64,000 nucleotides of DNA from an uncultured Candidatus Saccharibacteria bacterium (GCA_964517625.1 CAZFBW010000001.1:40319-104318), one strand, 5' to 3'. Positions 20,056-30,129 are shown, numbered from the stretch's first letter. Notes: generated from the letters alone by a model not told the origin. Numbers and translations: made by a program.

Positions 20056-20180
20056 CACTCATACCTCCCTCGTTCTCATACCAGAGAAAAACAAAAGGGC
20101 GCGCCGTAAGGTGCGCCCTTTTGTTTTTTCGTGCTAAAGGTGATAGATTTATGCCAGACCAATCAAAGAGGAGTTCTTTA

Positions 20181-20510
20181 ATGTCACACAAAACAATTCT
20201 GATTGTTGGCGTTGGGGCAACCTGTCTTCTCTTTGAGAGTTTACAGGCTATCGCCAAAGAGGCTGGGTTTACGTTGATTGAGGCAAAAGAGGCTCCTGGA
20301 GATCCTGCTCCTGTTCAACCGTCGCCTGAGTACATCTTTGCTCTCGTTGATACCAGGCGTCCTTCGCTTGCGGAACTTGCTCAATTTTTGAAACGAGAGA
20401 ATCTTTCTTCTCGACAGTTAAAGAGAATGCATCGTAACAAGCGAGGCGTACCACGTGACATAAAAACAAAAAGTCGTGTGACCGCAATGAAAAAAAAGAG
20501 TAGGAGGTGA
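20181..20510 (+). CDS. Hypothetical basic protein
   Basis: SD agaggag, ATG 20181. Confidence 0.55.
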   Translation: MSHKTILIVGVGATCLLFESLQAIAKEAGFTLIEAKEAPGDPAPVQPSPEYIFALVDTRRPSLAELAQFLKRENLSSRQLKRMHRNKRGVPRDIKTKSRVTAMKKKSRR

Positions 20511-20513
20511 ACA

Positions 20514-20834
20514 GTGTTTGAGAAATATAGGGAAAGAATTCGCCAGAGATTCTCAACTCCTTTCTGGGTTGGCTTCTTTCGTGGTTTATGCTCAGTTTCC
20601 GAAGTTCTTGGAGACGGGCTACGTCGAACCACAGGAAGCACTTTCCAAAGGACAGCTCGTTATAAACCTCTCAAACCTCTCACGGTCAAGGAAGCCTTCG
20701 AGAAAGACAGAGAGGCAATCAGGGGTGATTTCGAGAAGGTTTGTGGGGATTTGCGTCGTGTGACCAACAGAGCCACAGCAAATTGTGCCAACGTAACCCC
20801 ATTCCCGAAGAAGGAAAAAAATGAAAAGCGGTAG
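20514..20834 (+). CDS. Hypothetical protein
   Basis: SD aggagg upstream; directly follows the previous ORF. Confidence 0.55.
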   Translation: MFEKYRERIRQRFSTPFWVGFFRGLCSVSEVLGDGLRRTTGSTFQRTARYKPLKPLTVKEAFEKDREAIRGDFEKVCGDLRRVTNRATANCANVTPFPKKEKNEKR

Positions 20835-20876
20835 CCTAAAGGCTACCGCTTTTTTCTTTTTCCCGCTCAAGTGCAA

Positions 20877-21176
20877 TTAATCTTTCTTGTCCAATTTATC
20901 TAACCCCAAACTTTTTACACCGAAGTAGACGACACAAGCAATGACGATAAAGTTAATACAAGCGGCGAGCAAACTCCCGTATTTGATGGTTGCTGTTCCA
21001 ATCATAAGTGTTGCTTCCATTAACCCCTCTGCTTTTCCAAGCAAAAGCCCAAGTATTGGATTCACAACATCATCTACAATTGACTTTACAACACTGCTCA
21101 CCGCACCACCTAAAATGAAACCAACCGCGAGTCCCACAACGCCCTGCGTACGAACAAAATCAATAAATCCTTTCAT
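20877..21176 (-). CDS. mscL: Large-conductance mechanosensitive channel
   Basis: VVGLAVGFILGGA, VDDVVNP, YGSLL..INF. Confidence 0.9.
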   Translation of the reverse strand: MKGFIDFVRTQGVVGLAVGFILGGAVSSVVKSIVDDVVNPILGLLLGKAEGLMEATLMIGTATIKYGSLLAACINFIVIACVVYFGVKSLGLDKLDKKD

Positions 21177-21204
21177 ATATATTTAGATTATAAAAATAAG
21201 TATA

Positions 21205-21873
21205 TCACTTGTACTTTCGTGCTATGTAGCGTTTCGTGTAGTGGCTGATTGCAAGAAGTGCAATAAAAATAAACAGTGCGCTTAGGAGGTACTCAGTATG
21301 CACGAGTGAATATCCAAGGAAAATATATGATGAGAGGCCAGGGATGACGCCAACCATGGTTGCTAGGATGTAGTCTTTAAAAGGCAATCTAGCAATTCCG
21401 GAGGCATAGTTTACGACATCGAAAGGGAAAATTGGCACTAAGCGTAACATAAAAACAGACATGAAAGCATTTCCGGAAAGGTATTTTCCAACTCGCGTAT
21501 GTGCAATTTTTTCAGCAATGCCAAAATTTTTTCCGAAGTATTTTCCGATAGCAAAGGCAATCACAGCAGAAAACAATTCCCCAATGTAACTAATGACAAG
21601 ACCACCAGTTACACCAAACAAAAAGACGGATGTAAGTGTCATGACTGACGCCGGAAACATCACCAGCGGTCGCACAGCATAGAGAATCATAAACAACAAC
21701 GGAGAGTATATGCCAAAACCCATGAGTCTGCGTTGCAATTCTTCACCAAACATCATGAGTGCCGGTTGGAGCCCCATGTCTTCTATGAAGGCATACTGGT
21801 AGAGTTCATACAGAAAAAAAGATATTGCGAGAAGCCAAACCGTCGCTACGCCATACTTAACATAGATTCGCAT
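21205..21873 (-). CDS. TVP38/TMEM64 (VTT/DedA-family) membrane protein
   Basis: LRLVPIFPFDVVNYASG. Confidence 0.88.
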   Translation of the reverse strand: MRIYVKYGVATVWLLAISFFLYELYQYAFIEDMGLQPALMMFGEELQRRLMGFGIYSPLLFMILYAVRPLVMFPASVMTLTSVFLFGVTGGLVISYIGELFSAVIAFAIGKYFGKNFGIAEKIAHTRVGKYLSGNAFMSVFMLRLVPIFPFDVVNYASGIARLPFKDYILATMVGVIPGLSSYIFLGYSLVHTEYLLSALFIFIALLAISHYTKRYIARKYK

Positions 21874-21902
21874 CGTGCGCTTAGTATACACCGCTTCTTT
21901 CT

Positions 21903-22754
21903 TTATTGTTCTGTGACGTTTACGCTACCGTTTTTCTGGTTAATGGTAATCGTAAGAGACGAAAAATCTGCCGGGATGGTCACAAAACGTTCTTTGATTA
22001 AAGCTTCTACTGATTTTGGGTACGTTTTGAATTTCGCTTTGTATGCAAGTACCGCATTTTCAAGCATCATTGTAAATTCTTCGGTGGCGATTCCTTTTTC
22101 CGCAAGTTTTTTGATGGTTTCACTTTTGGTGGTGTCACGGATGACGCGCATGAGTTCACGAGAGACATTTTTACCAAGAATTTTTTTCGCAGTAATTGAT
22201 GAATAGGTGAGAGGAACAACAGGAGGTGCTCCTTCTACGTTTGCTGCAATTTCAAGGTAGTGAAGGGCTCGCGTTTCGTTTCTGTCAAAATGGTTGTACA
22301 TTGTGCCCATGTAAAAAGGAATTTCCCAGTTGTTTGGCATGGTTGCAATGCCAATATCTGCAATGCTTGCAACTTTAGTAATTGATTCTCTATCTTTCTC
22401 TGTCGGCACAGTAAAAATAGCAAACAGGTATGGATAGGAAAAACGAGGGTCGAGTGCGGAAATGTTTCGGAAATAGTTGAGATAAAATTCTTCTTCATGG
22501 TCCCATCCGGTAAAATCTTGCACGGCAGAAATCCAATAGTAATCCGCAAGAACATTGTTGAAACCAAAACTTAAGTGCTTTACGATTTTTGGTTCGATGA
22601 TGCTTCGATGTTTAACGGTAAAACGAAATGATTCAACCGCAAACGAGCCCGAGGCTTTGTCATGGAATGATTGTAGGGTTGCAACGATAGAAAGAAAAAG
22701 GACAAGTGTAATGCCGGAAAGTAGTGGCGCGTATGTTTTGAGGTGGTTACTCAT
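21903..22754 (-). CDS. Membrane-anchored TPR-like protein, PilG-like
   Basis: ADYYWISAVQ, LDPRFSYPY; C-terminal YKAKFKTYPKSVEALI; last gene of ABC operon. Confidence 0.55.
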   Translation of the reverse strand: MSNHLKTYAPLLSGITLVLFLSIVATLQSFHDKASGSFAVESFRFTVKHRSIIEPKIVKHLSFGFNNVLADYYWISAVQDFTGWDHEEEFYLNYFRNISALDPRFSYPYLFAIFTVPTEKDRESITKVASIADIGIATMPNNWEIPFYMGTMYNHFDRNETRALHYLEIAANVEGAPPVVPLTYSSITAKKILGKNVSRELMRVIRDTTKSETIKKLAEKGIATEEFTMMLENAVLAYKAKFKTYPKSVEALIKERFVTIPADFSSLTITINQKNGSVNVTEQ

Positions 22755-22765
22755 AGGAAAAAATA

Positions 22766-23536
22766 TTAGAACTCTTTTTTCTTAAAGCTAAGGTTGGCAA
22801 GATAGAAAAGAAGGCCTGAACAAAAGATTGCATACAGGAACGCGACAAAAAGTGTCATCATGCTTGGAATTTCCCCAAAGACAATGTCATTTCTGATGTT
22901 GAATTTTTCAAGATTTGGCAATAGATAGTAGATACCACGCGCTACGACTTCACTTGCTGTTGAGATGGGAAAAGCAATGAGTGGGCGGAGTGAATCTCCA
23001 GAATGTCCTGCTAAGAAAAAGACGACGGTGTAGATAGCGGAAAGAATTGGAGAGGTGAATCCAGAAAAAAGAATTGAAATAAAAATGAGAATCATTGCTT
23101 CAAGCGTACTTAAAAATACCGAGACAAGAATAGGGACGAAAAAGGAAACTCCACCTTTTAAGAAAAGAATAACAAAGAGCGCAAGGGAGGAAAGCAGGGT
23201 AACGGCAAGTGTTGTAAAGGTAAGTCCGAACGCTTTTCCGAGAATGATTTCATATCGGTGGATTGGCTTTGGCAGGATGAGGAAAAATGTTTTCTGTTCA
23301 ATTTCCTTGTACATGAGCATACTTCCAATGAAGATAGCAACAAAGATTTGTAGGATGTAAATTGCTGAAACGCCGAAGTCCACAATCATGCGCAAGTTTT
23401 GTTCAAGTGAAATGCTTCCGATGAAGAGGGTAAACGCGATGATGACAAGGACAACGGCGAGTGCGGCGAGTAAAATGCGGTCGCGCATGGTTTCGCGAAA
23501 GGTGTTGTGGGCGATGGTGAAAATATTACGAAACAT
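22766..23536 (-). CDS. ABC-2 transporter permease (PilI-like)
   Basis: IAHNTFRETMRDR, KEIEQKT..ILPKPI.R.EIILGK. Confidence 0.85.
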   Translation of the reverse strand: MFRNIFTIAHNTFRETMRDRILLAALAVVLVIIAFTLFIGSISLEQNLRMIVDFGVSAIYILQIFVAIFIGSMLMYKEIEQKTFFLILPKPIHRYEIILGKAFGLTFTTLAVTLLSSLALFVILFLKGGVSFFVPILVSVFLSTLEAMILIFISILFSGFTSPILSAIYTVVFFLAGHSGDSLRPLIAFPISTASEVVARGIYYLLPNLEKFNIRNDIVFGEIPSMMTLFVAFLYAIFCSGLLFYLANLSFKKKEF

Positions 23537-24260
23537 GGTATTGGCGTGAAGTTTCAATAATGTGCACAAATGCATCTTCCAAGTCACGGTGGCCGATAGA
23601 TAAACTTTGTGGTGTGTCGTGTGCAATGAGTATGCCTTTATCGATAATACCGACCACGTCGCAGATTTCTTCGACGTCTGCCAAAATGTGTGAGTTAAAG
23701 AATATGGTTTTACCTTGTTCTTTAAGGGCAAGAATAATTTTTTTTACTTCAGCGCGACCAAGTGGGTCAAGGCCGTCTAGTGGTTCGTCTAAGAAAAGAA
23801 TATCTGGATTGTTGATGAGCGCTTGGGCAAGACCAAGACGCTGAAGCATGCCTTTTGAGTAGGTGCGAATTTGTTTGTTTTTGGCATGGCTCAAATCAAC
23901 ACTCATTAAGATGTCTTCAATGTGGTGGTTGGGGTGTGCTTGTTTAAAAATTTTTGCAATGAATTCCAAAAATTCTTTGCCCGTTAAATATCCGTAGAAC
24001 GCAGGGGATTCTGGCATGAAGCCGATTTTTGCGCGAACAGAAATGTCATCTGGAGTTCCGCCTAAAAGTGAAATGGACCCTTCCGTTGGTTTAGAAAGTC
24101 CGACGAGCATTTTTATGGTTGAGGTTTTACCAGCGCCGTTTGGTCCAAGGAAACCAAAAACGGTCCCCATGGGTATTTCTAGAGTGAGATTTTTTACAAC
24201 GCTGTGCTCACCGTTCGTGAAGTACGTCTTGGTGACATTTTGAAGGGTTATCCCGTGCAT
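23526..24260 (-). CDS. ABC transporter ATP-binding protein (PilH-like)
   Basis: GPNGAGKT, YSKGMLQR, LDEP.DGLDP. Confidence 0.93.
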   Translation of the reverse strand: MHGITLQNVTKTYFTNGEHSVVKNLTLEIPMGTVFGFLGPNGAGKTSTIKMLVGLSKPTEGSISLLGGTPDDISVRAKIGFMPESPAFYGYLTGKEFLEFIAKIFKQAHPNHHIEDILMSVDLSHAKNKQIRTYSKGMLQRLGLAQALINNPDILFLDEPLDGLDPLGRAEVKKIILALKEQGKTIFFNSHILADVEEICDVVGIIDKGILIAHDTPQSLSIGHRDLEDAFVHIIETSRQYHVS

Positions 24261-24328
24261 AGGAAAATAGTACCAGAATAGGGGGAAAGCGCAATGAGGG
24301 GGAGAGAAACATGGTCGTCATTATGTTG

Positions 24329-24415
24329 CGGAGAGAGCGAGATTCGAACTCGCGGACCCAATAAAGGGTCGACAGTTTAGTAAACTGTTGATTTAAACCA
24401 CTCATCCATCTCTCC
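24329..24415 (-). tRNA. tRNA-Ser(ACT), unusual A34 anticodon
   Basis: GGAGAGA acceptor, ACAGT-TTACTAA-ACTGT arm, long variable arm, G73. Confidence 0.88.
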
Positions 24416-24595
24416 GATTTTTCCACACAGACACCTATTTTGCGGCGCAGAATTATAGTCGCTTTGCTCCTTAATTCTGCATCCTGCAAAAATATGGTTG
24501 CCCCACTCCTTCTTGTGTTGCTAGACGCAACACGTGCGAAGTGATTTGAAGCTTTTTTGTATGGAACGCTTCGCTTGCAAAAAACTTAAAATCAG

Positions 24596-24682
24596 CGGAG
24601 ACGATGGGATTTGAACCCATGAAGGGCGTAAACCCTTGCCTCGTTAGCAGTGAGGTGCCTTCGACCACTCAGCCACGTCTCC
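24596..24682 (-). tRNA. tRNA-Ser(GCT)
   Basis: CTGCTAA loop, long variable arm, G73. Confidence 0.93.
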
Positions 24683-24801
24683 GAATCGTCATATTCTAGC
24701 ATGATATTCATATCATTTCTAATGGTTGATTAATACCAATATTTTCACAATACGTTTGCTATACTCAAACCAAGTTGATCTTTTACAGGAAAGGGTAAAT
24801 C

Positions 24802-25707
24802 ATGAAAATGTTTTTTTCATTCATGGACCGCGTGGCGCGAGTGCCATGGTGGTTGTACATCGTAACTGTAGTTGTTCTTGCTGGTGTCGTTAAATATTTT
24901 CATCTCTGGGATGGATTGATTCAAAATCCATTTTGGTCGGTGATTGTTACCACGGTTGTGCTCACCCAAATCACGATTGCGGGGGTGACAATCTATTTGC
25001 ATCGCAACCAAGCTCACAGTTCACTCGTACTTCATCCTATCGTCAGCCATTTTTTCCGTTTTTGGATGTGGCTAACAACCGGCATGAAAACGAAAGAGTG
25101 GGCAGCGATTCATCGCAAACATCACGCTAAAGTTGAAACAAAAGACGACCCGCACAGTCCGAAGACGTACGGTATTTTGCGTATTGTGTTTGCTGGGGTG
25201 TTTCTGTATGTGTGCGAATCGCATAACAAAGAGACACTTAAGCGTTACGGACACGGAACCCCAGATGATGAACTTGAGAGGAAGGTATACACGCCGTATC
25301 ACAAGTATGGCATTGTGCTTATGCTCCTTTTTGATTTTTTCGTGTTTGGTTTTCTGTTTGGACCAATTATCGGTCTTGCAATTTGGCTTGTGCAGATAGC
25401 TTGGATACCTTTCTGGGCCGCTGGTTTTATCAATGGTGTCGGACACTATTTCGGCTACCGAAACTACCCTAGCTTAAACAGGAAAACGGGGGAGCTAGAT
25501 TGGTCGAGGAACATTGTTGCTTGGGCTTTCTGGATTGGTGGGGAAGAGCTTCACAACAACCATCACGCCTATCCTACAAGTGCCAAACTTTCGGCGAAGT
25601 GGTACGAGTTCGATATTGGTTGGATGTATATCCGCATCTTGGAAACACTCGGATTGGCAAGGGTGAAGTTTGCTTACGGCCGTACGAAAGGGCCCTTCGA
25701 CATCTGA
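24802..25707 (+). CDS. Membrane delta-9 fatty acid desaturase
   Basis: His boxes HRNQAH, HRKHH, HNNHH; DPHSP. Confidence 0.93.
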   Translation: MKMFFSFMDRVARVPWWLYIVTVVVLAGVVKYFHLWDGLIQNPFWSVIVTTVVLTQITIAGVTIYLHRNQAHSSLVLHPIVSHFFRFWMWLTTGMKTKEWAAIHRKHHAKVETKDDPHSPKTYGILRIVFAGVFLYVCESHNKETLKRYGHGTPDDELERKVYTPYHKYGIVLMLLFDFFVFGFLFGPIIGLAIWLVQIAWIPFWAAGFINGVGHYFGYRNYPSLNRKTGELDWSRNIVAWAFWIGGEELHNNHHAYPTSAKLSAKWYEFDIGWMYIRILETLGLARVKFAYGRTKGPFDI

Positions 25708-25824
25708 TTTCTTTAGACGCGTAAACGAAAGTTCACGCGTTTTTTATTTTGTGATTTGTTGTGGTAGTATCAAAAATAGAATCCGCGCTTGTGCGGGTAT
25801 GTTCTATAGAAGGAGGGTATTATC

Positions 25825-26172
25825 ATGAAAGAGGGCCTGATTCGCCTCGGCACACCCGTCGAGGTAACAGCACCTGGTGGCTTGATTCGTAGAGGGTACG
25901 TATCAGCGTTTGATACGGTTGTCATCCACAAGAAAAGTGATATCAGTGCAGAACGCGTCAGTGTTTTTTACATTGACGACACAATGAAGCCCAAGCACGA
26001 ATCCTTTCTTTTCGAGGGAGAGTACTGGGTTGACTTTGCGGTGTACAATGCGAAAAAACACACATGTCTTCCGGTCTACAAGATTCGTGCTGTGCCGTTC
26101 GCGGGGCTTGCTCCACACGTTGAGCAAGAAGGGGCTGTGCCGAAATCAGGCGAAGTCGACTTCGAGCTCTAA
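25825..26172 (+). CDS. Hypothetical protein
   Basis: SD aaggagg; followed by a hairpin terminator. Confidence 0.65.
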   Translation: MKEGLIRLGTPVEVTAPGGLIRRGYVSAFDTVVIHKKSDISAERVSVFYIDDTMKPKHESFLFEGEYWVDFAVYNAKKHTCLPVYKIRAVPFAGLAPHVEQEGAVPKSGEVDFEL

Positions 26173-26218
26173 AGTTTTTCTTTAGCCGGTTGTTGTAAGA
26201 ACAGCCGGCTTTCGTTTT

Positions 26219-26458
26219 TTTGGCGGCGCAGAATTATAGTCGCTTTACGCCTTGTTTTTGCGGAAATGGTGGGATTTGGTCACCAAACATATCTTTTTAT
26301 TTCATGACTACATTCATAAAAAGATTGTTTCGCGACCCCGACTTCACCCTCGCTGTTTTTGATTACAAAATCAGACTTCGTCTCGGGTTCAGTTCAAATC
26401 TACTCATTTCTCGCAAAATACAATTGCACAAAGCTCACGCTTCGTGCTCATTATTTTG
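26219..26458 (-). repeat. tRNA-Ser(CGA) 3' module
   Basis: ttttgcggaaatggtgggatttg at 26256-26278 and 26454-26476; degenerate inverted copy 26392-26420. Confidence 0.85.
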
Positions 26459-26545
26459 CGGAAATGGTGGGATTTGAACCCACGAACAGATTACTCCGTT
26501 GCCTGATTTCGAGTCAGGTGCCTTCAACCACTCAGCCACATTTCC
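26459..26545 (-). tRNA. tRNA-Ser(CGA)
   Basis: CCTGA-CTCGAAA-TCAGG, long variable arm. Confidence 0.93.
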
Positions 26546-26603
26546 AAACATAAGTCCTCACATTATTTTTTTGGACTATTTATCGATAGGTAGTATATCA
26601 AAA

Positions 26604-27395
26604 TTATTTCCCGCTCATTTCTTTCTCCCACTGTTCCAATTTCTTTGCAACTGCGTATCTACGTGAAGGAATCCATTCACGAAGCAAAACGTTACGACTT
26701 CCTTTCGTGTGTTGTGGGGTTGCTTCCAAATCTTTTCCTTTCCACAGTTCAAGCGCGATGCGCAAGAGCTCAACCTCAGCACGGTTATTCAAATCTTGGA
26801 AACATTCTTTTGGTGGAATCGTTATGTCCGCATGAAGTGTGGCAAGCATGTCGCCCGTGTCCACTTTTTCGTGCAAATAGTGAATAGTTGCACCAATATT
26901 CTCTCTTTCATCATGAAGCACGGCAAAGTGGTTCGCAACTGCTCCTCGGTAGTGTTCTCCCAAGCCCATGTGCAAATTGATTGCATGTCTTGCCAGTCTA
27001 AAAATACGTGGTTCAATCACAGCTGTTCCCCAGATAACAAGTAGGCGAGGTTTTAGTTTTTTTAACAGTTCGTACACTTCCTCGCTATTTACGGAATCCA
27101 CCTCAAGAACTTTTGGAATGTATTGAAGACCTCGTTCTTTTTTATCGCGAATGCGGAAGTATTGCAGGTAGTGTTTTGCTTTTTTGCTTAAACGAAGGAG
27201 AAGGGCGTACAGCAGTTCGCGTGGAACACATTTCCAACCAACCGTTTTTGCAATATTGGAAAGTGTCTTTGTTAAGGGTACTTGTTTTGGTTTTTGAATG
27301 ATGACGTATGATACCCCATTCTGGGTTTGTTTGTGGAGGAGGTTGCCGAATTCTATTTTTTGGCTTCCAGGAATGGTTATAAAGACGATACTCAT
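26604..27395 (-). CDS. Formyltransferase-domain protein
   Basis: INLHMGL..HYRG, GATIHYL..VDTG. Confidence 0.8.
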   Translation of the reverse strand: MSIVFITIPGSQKIEFGNLLHKQTQNGVSYVIIQKPKQVPLTKTLSNIAKTVGWKCVPRELLYALLLRLSKKAKHYLQYFRIRDKKERGLQYIPKVLEVDSVNSEEVYELLKKLKPRLLVIWGTAVIEPRIFRLARHAINLHMGLGEHYRGAVANHFAVLHDERENIGATIHYLHEKVDTGDMLATLHADITIPPKECFQDLNNRAEVELLRIALELWKGKDLEATPQHTKGSRNVLLREWIPSRRYAVAKKLEQWEKEMSGK

Positions 27396-27517
27396 AGGGT
27401 TTCGGTTGGGAAGATATAGAATCAGTCCAAAACAAGTCTGTGTTGGCTTGATAGTTTTTAGTATACAGTACGAAGGGAAATCGGGAAGTATTTACTTTTT
27501 CTAAACTGGTCTGTATT

Positions 27518-27826
27518 ATGGCTGTAATGTTGCCTTTTTCTACTGCGCGAGCAGTTTTATTTTTTTTCTTTCTTTGGCACGCTTTTCGGGTGTTTGTATT
27601 TTCTCTTACGACATTCATATTTTGGCTCATATCGTTTTCTTATGTAAAGATGCTCTTTTGGAGACTTCTTGTAGCGGGGATTGTGGCATTGTTCGGATTT
27701 ATCCTTACACCGGTTGCGTGGTGGATTATTTTTGCAATTGCTTTTTTTATTCCGAACCTAGCCTTAGGCATTGCTCTACCTCTTTATTTTCTAGCACTCG
27801 TCATCAACCTCACCCACTTCGGGTAA
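27518..27826 (+). CDS. Hydrophobic membrane protein
   Basis: 102-aa, strongly hydrophobic ORF. Confidence 0.5.
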   Translation: MAVMLPFSTARAVLFFFFLWHAFRVFVFSLTTFIFWLISFSYVKMLFWRLLVAGIVALFGFILTPVAWWIIFAIAFFIPNLALGIALPLYFLALVINLTHFG

Positions 27827-27972
27827 AGTAAAAATCCTTGACAGGAAAGGAAATTTCTGCTATACTTGTACTATTATTCTCGTGTTGTTTGTATATCATG
27901 CTATTGCCTGACATCTTGTAGGCGCTTATGTGTGGTAAACAAAACGCCACAAATAAGTAAAAAATAAACATA

Positions 27973-29334
27973 ATGTACACCATTACAACTGGTGGGTCAG
28001 GTACTGACTCACACCAATCATCTCGTTTTCGTTCACGTGCACCAAAAGGAGGCTCTTCAGGGGGTTCTTCACGCCAGGCAACTTCTGGTCGTTCTTTTTC
28101 ATCATCACCACGAAGTGGTGGGTATTCTTCACGCGGTAGATTTAGCCGTGGCGGAGGGGGAGGAGCTCCAAAGCCATTTAATGCTAAGCGTTCATTTAAA
28201 AAAGATTACATCGATGAAAATCTTTTCGTTAATAAGCAAGTAACTGTTGCTGAAGCAATTGACTACAAGCCATCAAATACGTTTTCAGATTTCAATGTTG
28301 CACCACAACTTCTTGCTAATCTCATCGCAAAAGGACTCAATAACCCATCTCCTGTTCAAGACCAAGCAATTCCTGTTGCTCTCGAAGGCAAAGACGTTAT
28401 TGGTATTGCATCAACAGGAACCGGAAAGACGGCGGCATTTCTCATTCCACTCATTAACAAACTTGTTGCGAATAATGACCACAAGATTTTAATTCTTACT
28501 CCAACGCGTGAACTCGCGCTTCAAGTAGAAGCGGAATTCATGGCGTTTACTCGTGGCATGAAACTTTTCTCTGTTGCGTGTGTTGGTGGAGCACCAATTA
28601 TGCGCCAAATTAAAGAACTTGAACTCGGTGTTCATGCTGTCATTGGTACGCCAGGACGCGTGAAGGACTTAGTAGAACGAGGAAAAATAAAACTTGCTTT
28701 CTTTGATAGTGTTGTGCTCGACGAAGCAGACCGTATGCTTGATATGGGATTCATTGACGACATGCGTAGCATTTTGTCTAAAATGCCACAATCAAAGCAA
28801 AGTCTCTTCTTCTCTGCGACATTTTCAAAAGAAATTAAGGCACTTTGTTCTGATTTCATGAACAATCCAGTGACTGTTTCTATCAAAACTCGTGACACAG
28901 CGTCATCTGTTTCTCAAGATGTTGTACGCGCAGGAACTGATGCTGAAAAAATTGAAGCGCTTCACGAAATTCTTCTTCGTCCTGAGGCAAAGAAAGTTCT
29001 TATCTTCCGCGAAATGAAGCGTCACACTGATAAGCTTGCTGAAGAATTAACTGCTCGTGGTTTCAAGGCGCTCGCTCTTCATGGTGACATGCACAACCGC
29101 GAACGTGAACGTGCTGTAAAAGCACTTACCACAGGAAGAGTACAAGTTGTGATTGCAACAGACGTTGCTGCGCGCGGTATTGATATTCCAGATATTTCAC
29201 TCGTGATTAATTACGATATTCCAAATAATTACGAAACGTACATTCACCGCATTGGCCGAACAGGTCGTGGAACCAAGCTTGGTTTTGCGCTCACGTTTGT
29301 ACCAAACAAAGGAGGATACGGAAGAAGGGGATAG
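27973..29334 (+). CDS. DEAD-box RNA helicase with RG/S-rich N-terminus
   Basis: TGTGKT, PTRELA, DEAD, SAT, HRIGRTGR; TTGACA/TATACT promoter at ~27838-27866. Confidence 0.95.
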   Translation: MYTITTGGSGTDSHQSSRFRSRAPKGGSSGGSSRQATSGRSFSSSPRSGGYSSRGRFSRGGGGGAPKPFNAKRSFKKDYIDENLFVNKQVTVAEAIDYKPSNTFSDFNVAPQLLANLIAKGLNNPSPVQDQAIPVALEGKDVIGIASTGTGKTAAFLIPLINKLVANNDHKILILTPTRELALQVEAEFMAFTRGMKLFSVACVGGAPIMRQIKELELGVHAVIGTPGRVKDLVERGKIKLAFFDSVVLDEADRMLDMGFIDDMRSILSKMPQSKQSLFFSATFSKEIKALCSDFMNNPVTVSIKTRDTASSVSQDVVRAGTDAEKIEALHEILLRPEAKKVLIFREMKRHTDKLAEELTARGFKALALHGDMHNRERERAVKALTTGRVQVVIATDVAARGIDIPDISLVINYDIPNNYETYIHRIGRTGRGTKLGFALTFVPNKGGYGRRG

Positions 29335-29589
29335 ATACACAGAAAAAAGCAAGAAAAACGGCGCCGAAAGTGCCGTTTTTCTGTTGTTCCTTTGCAAAAA
29401 TAAATGATTGCGGTATAGTAAAAATATTCGAGAGCAAGGCAGTTTTGGTTGTCACAATTTTATGTGTTGTTTGTATGGTGCGATTTGTGTTTATTTTGAT
29501 TTTTTGTGTTCCTGTATTGAAGTGTTTAACTAATTATGAATAACTCCCGCCAGAGGCGGGTCCGCCCCCGGCGGAAATTGTTACCTACC

Positions 29590-30129
29590 ATGTCACACCT
29601 TAAAGAAAATGACCGATTACCAGATGTAGTATTTAAGACTCGCGTTCGCGATGAATCAATTAAAGATGAAAATCCATTTCGTTGGCAAGACAGAACAACA
29701 GCCGAACTTTTTGGTGGAAAGAAAGTTGTTGTGTTTTCTCTTCCCGGCGCATTCACACCAACGTGTTCTTCAACACACTTGCCAGGATATGAATCAAAGT
29801 ATGAAGAATTGAAGGCACTTGGTGTTGATTCCGTGATTTGTCTTTCTGTAAATGATGCATTCGTTATGTTCCAGTGGGCAAAGAATTTGGGTGTAAGTAA
29901 GGTATTCATGCTTCCGGATGGAAATGCAGAATTTACAAAAGGCATGGGTATGCTTGTGAAGAAAGAAAATCTTGGCTTCGGCGACCGCTCATGGCGCTAC
30001 TCAATGTATGTTGAAGATGGCGTTATCAAAAAAATGTTTGTTGAACCGGGAATGATGGACAACTGTCCAGATGATCCGTTTGAAGTGTCTGATGTTGATA
30101 CGATGCTTGCGTATCTAAAGAGTAAGTAA
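29590..30129 (+). CDS. Peroxiredoxin (Prx5 type)
   Basis: [28 protein letters not shown]. Confidence 0.93.
   Translation: MSHLKENDRLPDVVFKTRVRDESIKDENPFRWQDRTTAELFGGKKVVVFSLPGAFTPTCSSTHLPGYESKYEELKALGVDSVICLSVNDAFVMFQWAKNLGVSKVFMLPDGNAEFTKGMGMLVKKENLGFGDRSWRYSMYVEDGVIKKMFVEPGMMDNCPDDPFEVSDVDTMLAYLKSK

Noticed and set aside
24329-24415. Amber suppressor (CTA) reading of the unusual tRNA, linked to the TAG at 41307
   Set aside because: Stem geometry centres ACT in a 7-nt loop; CTA would require A33. TAG terminates core genes here.
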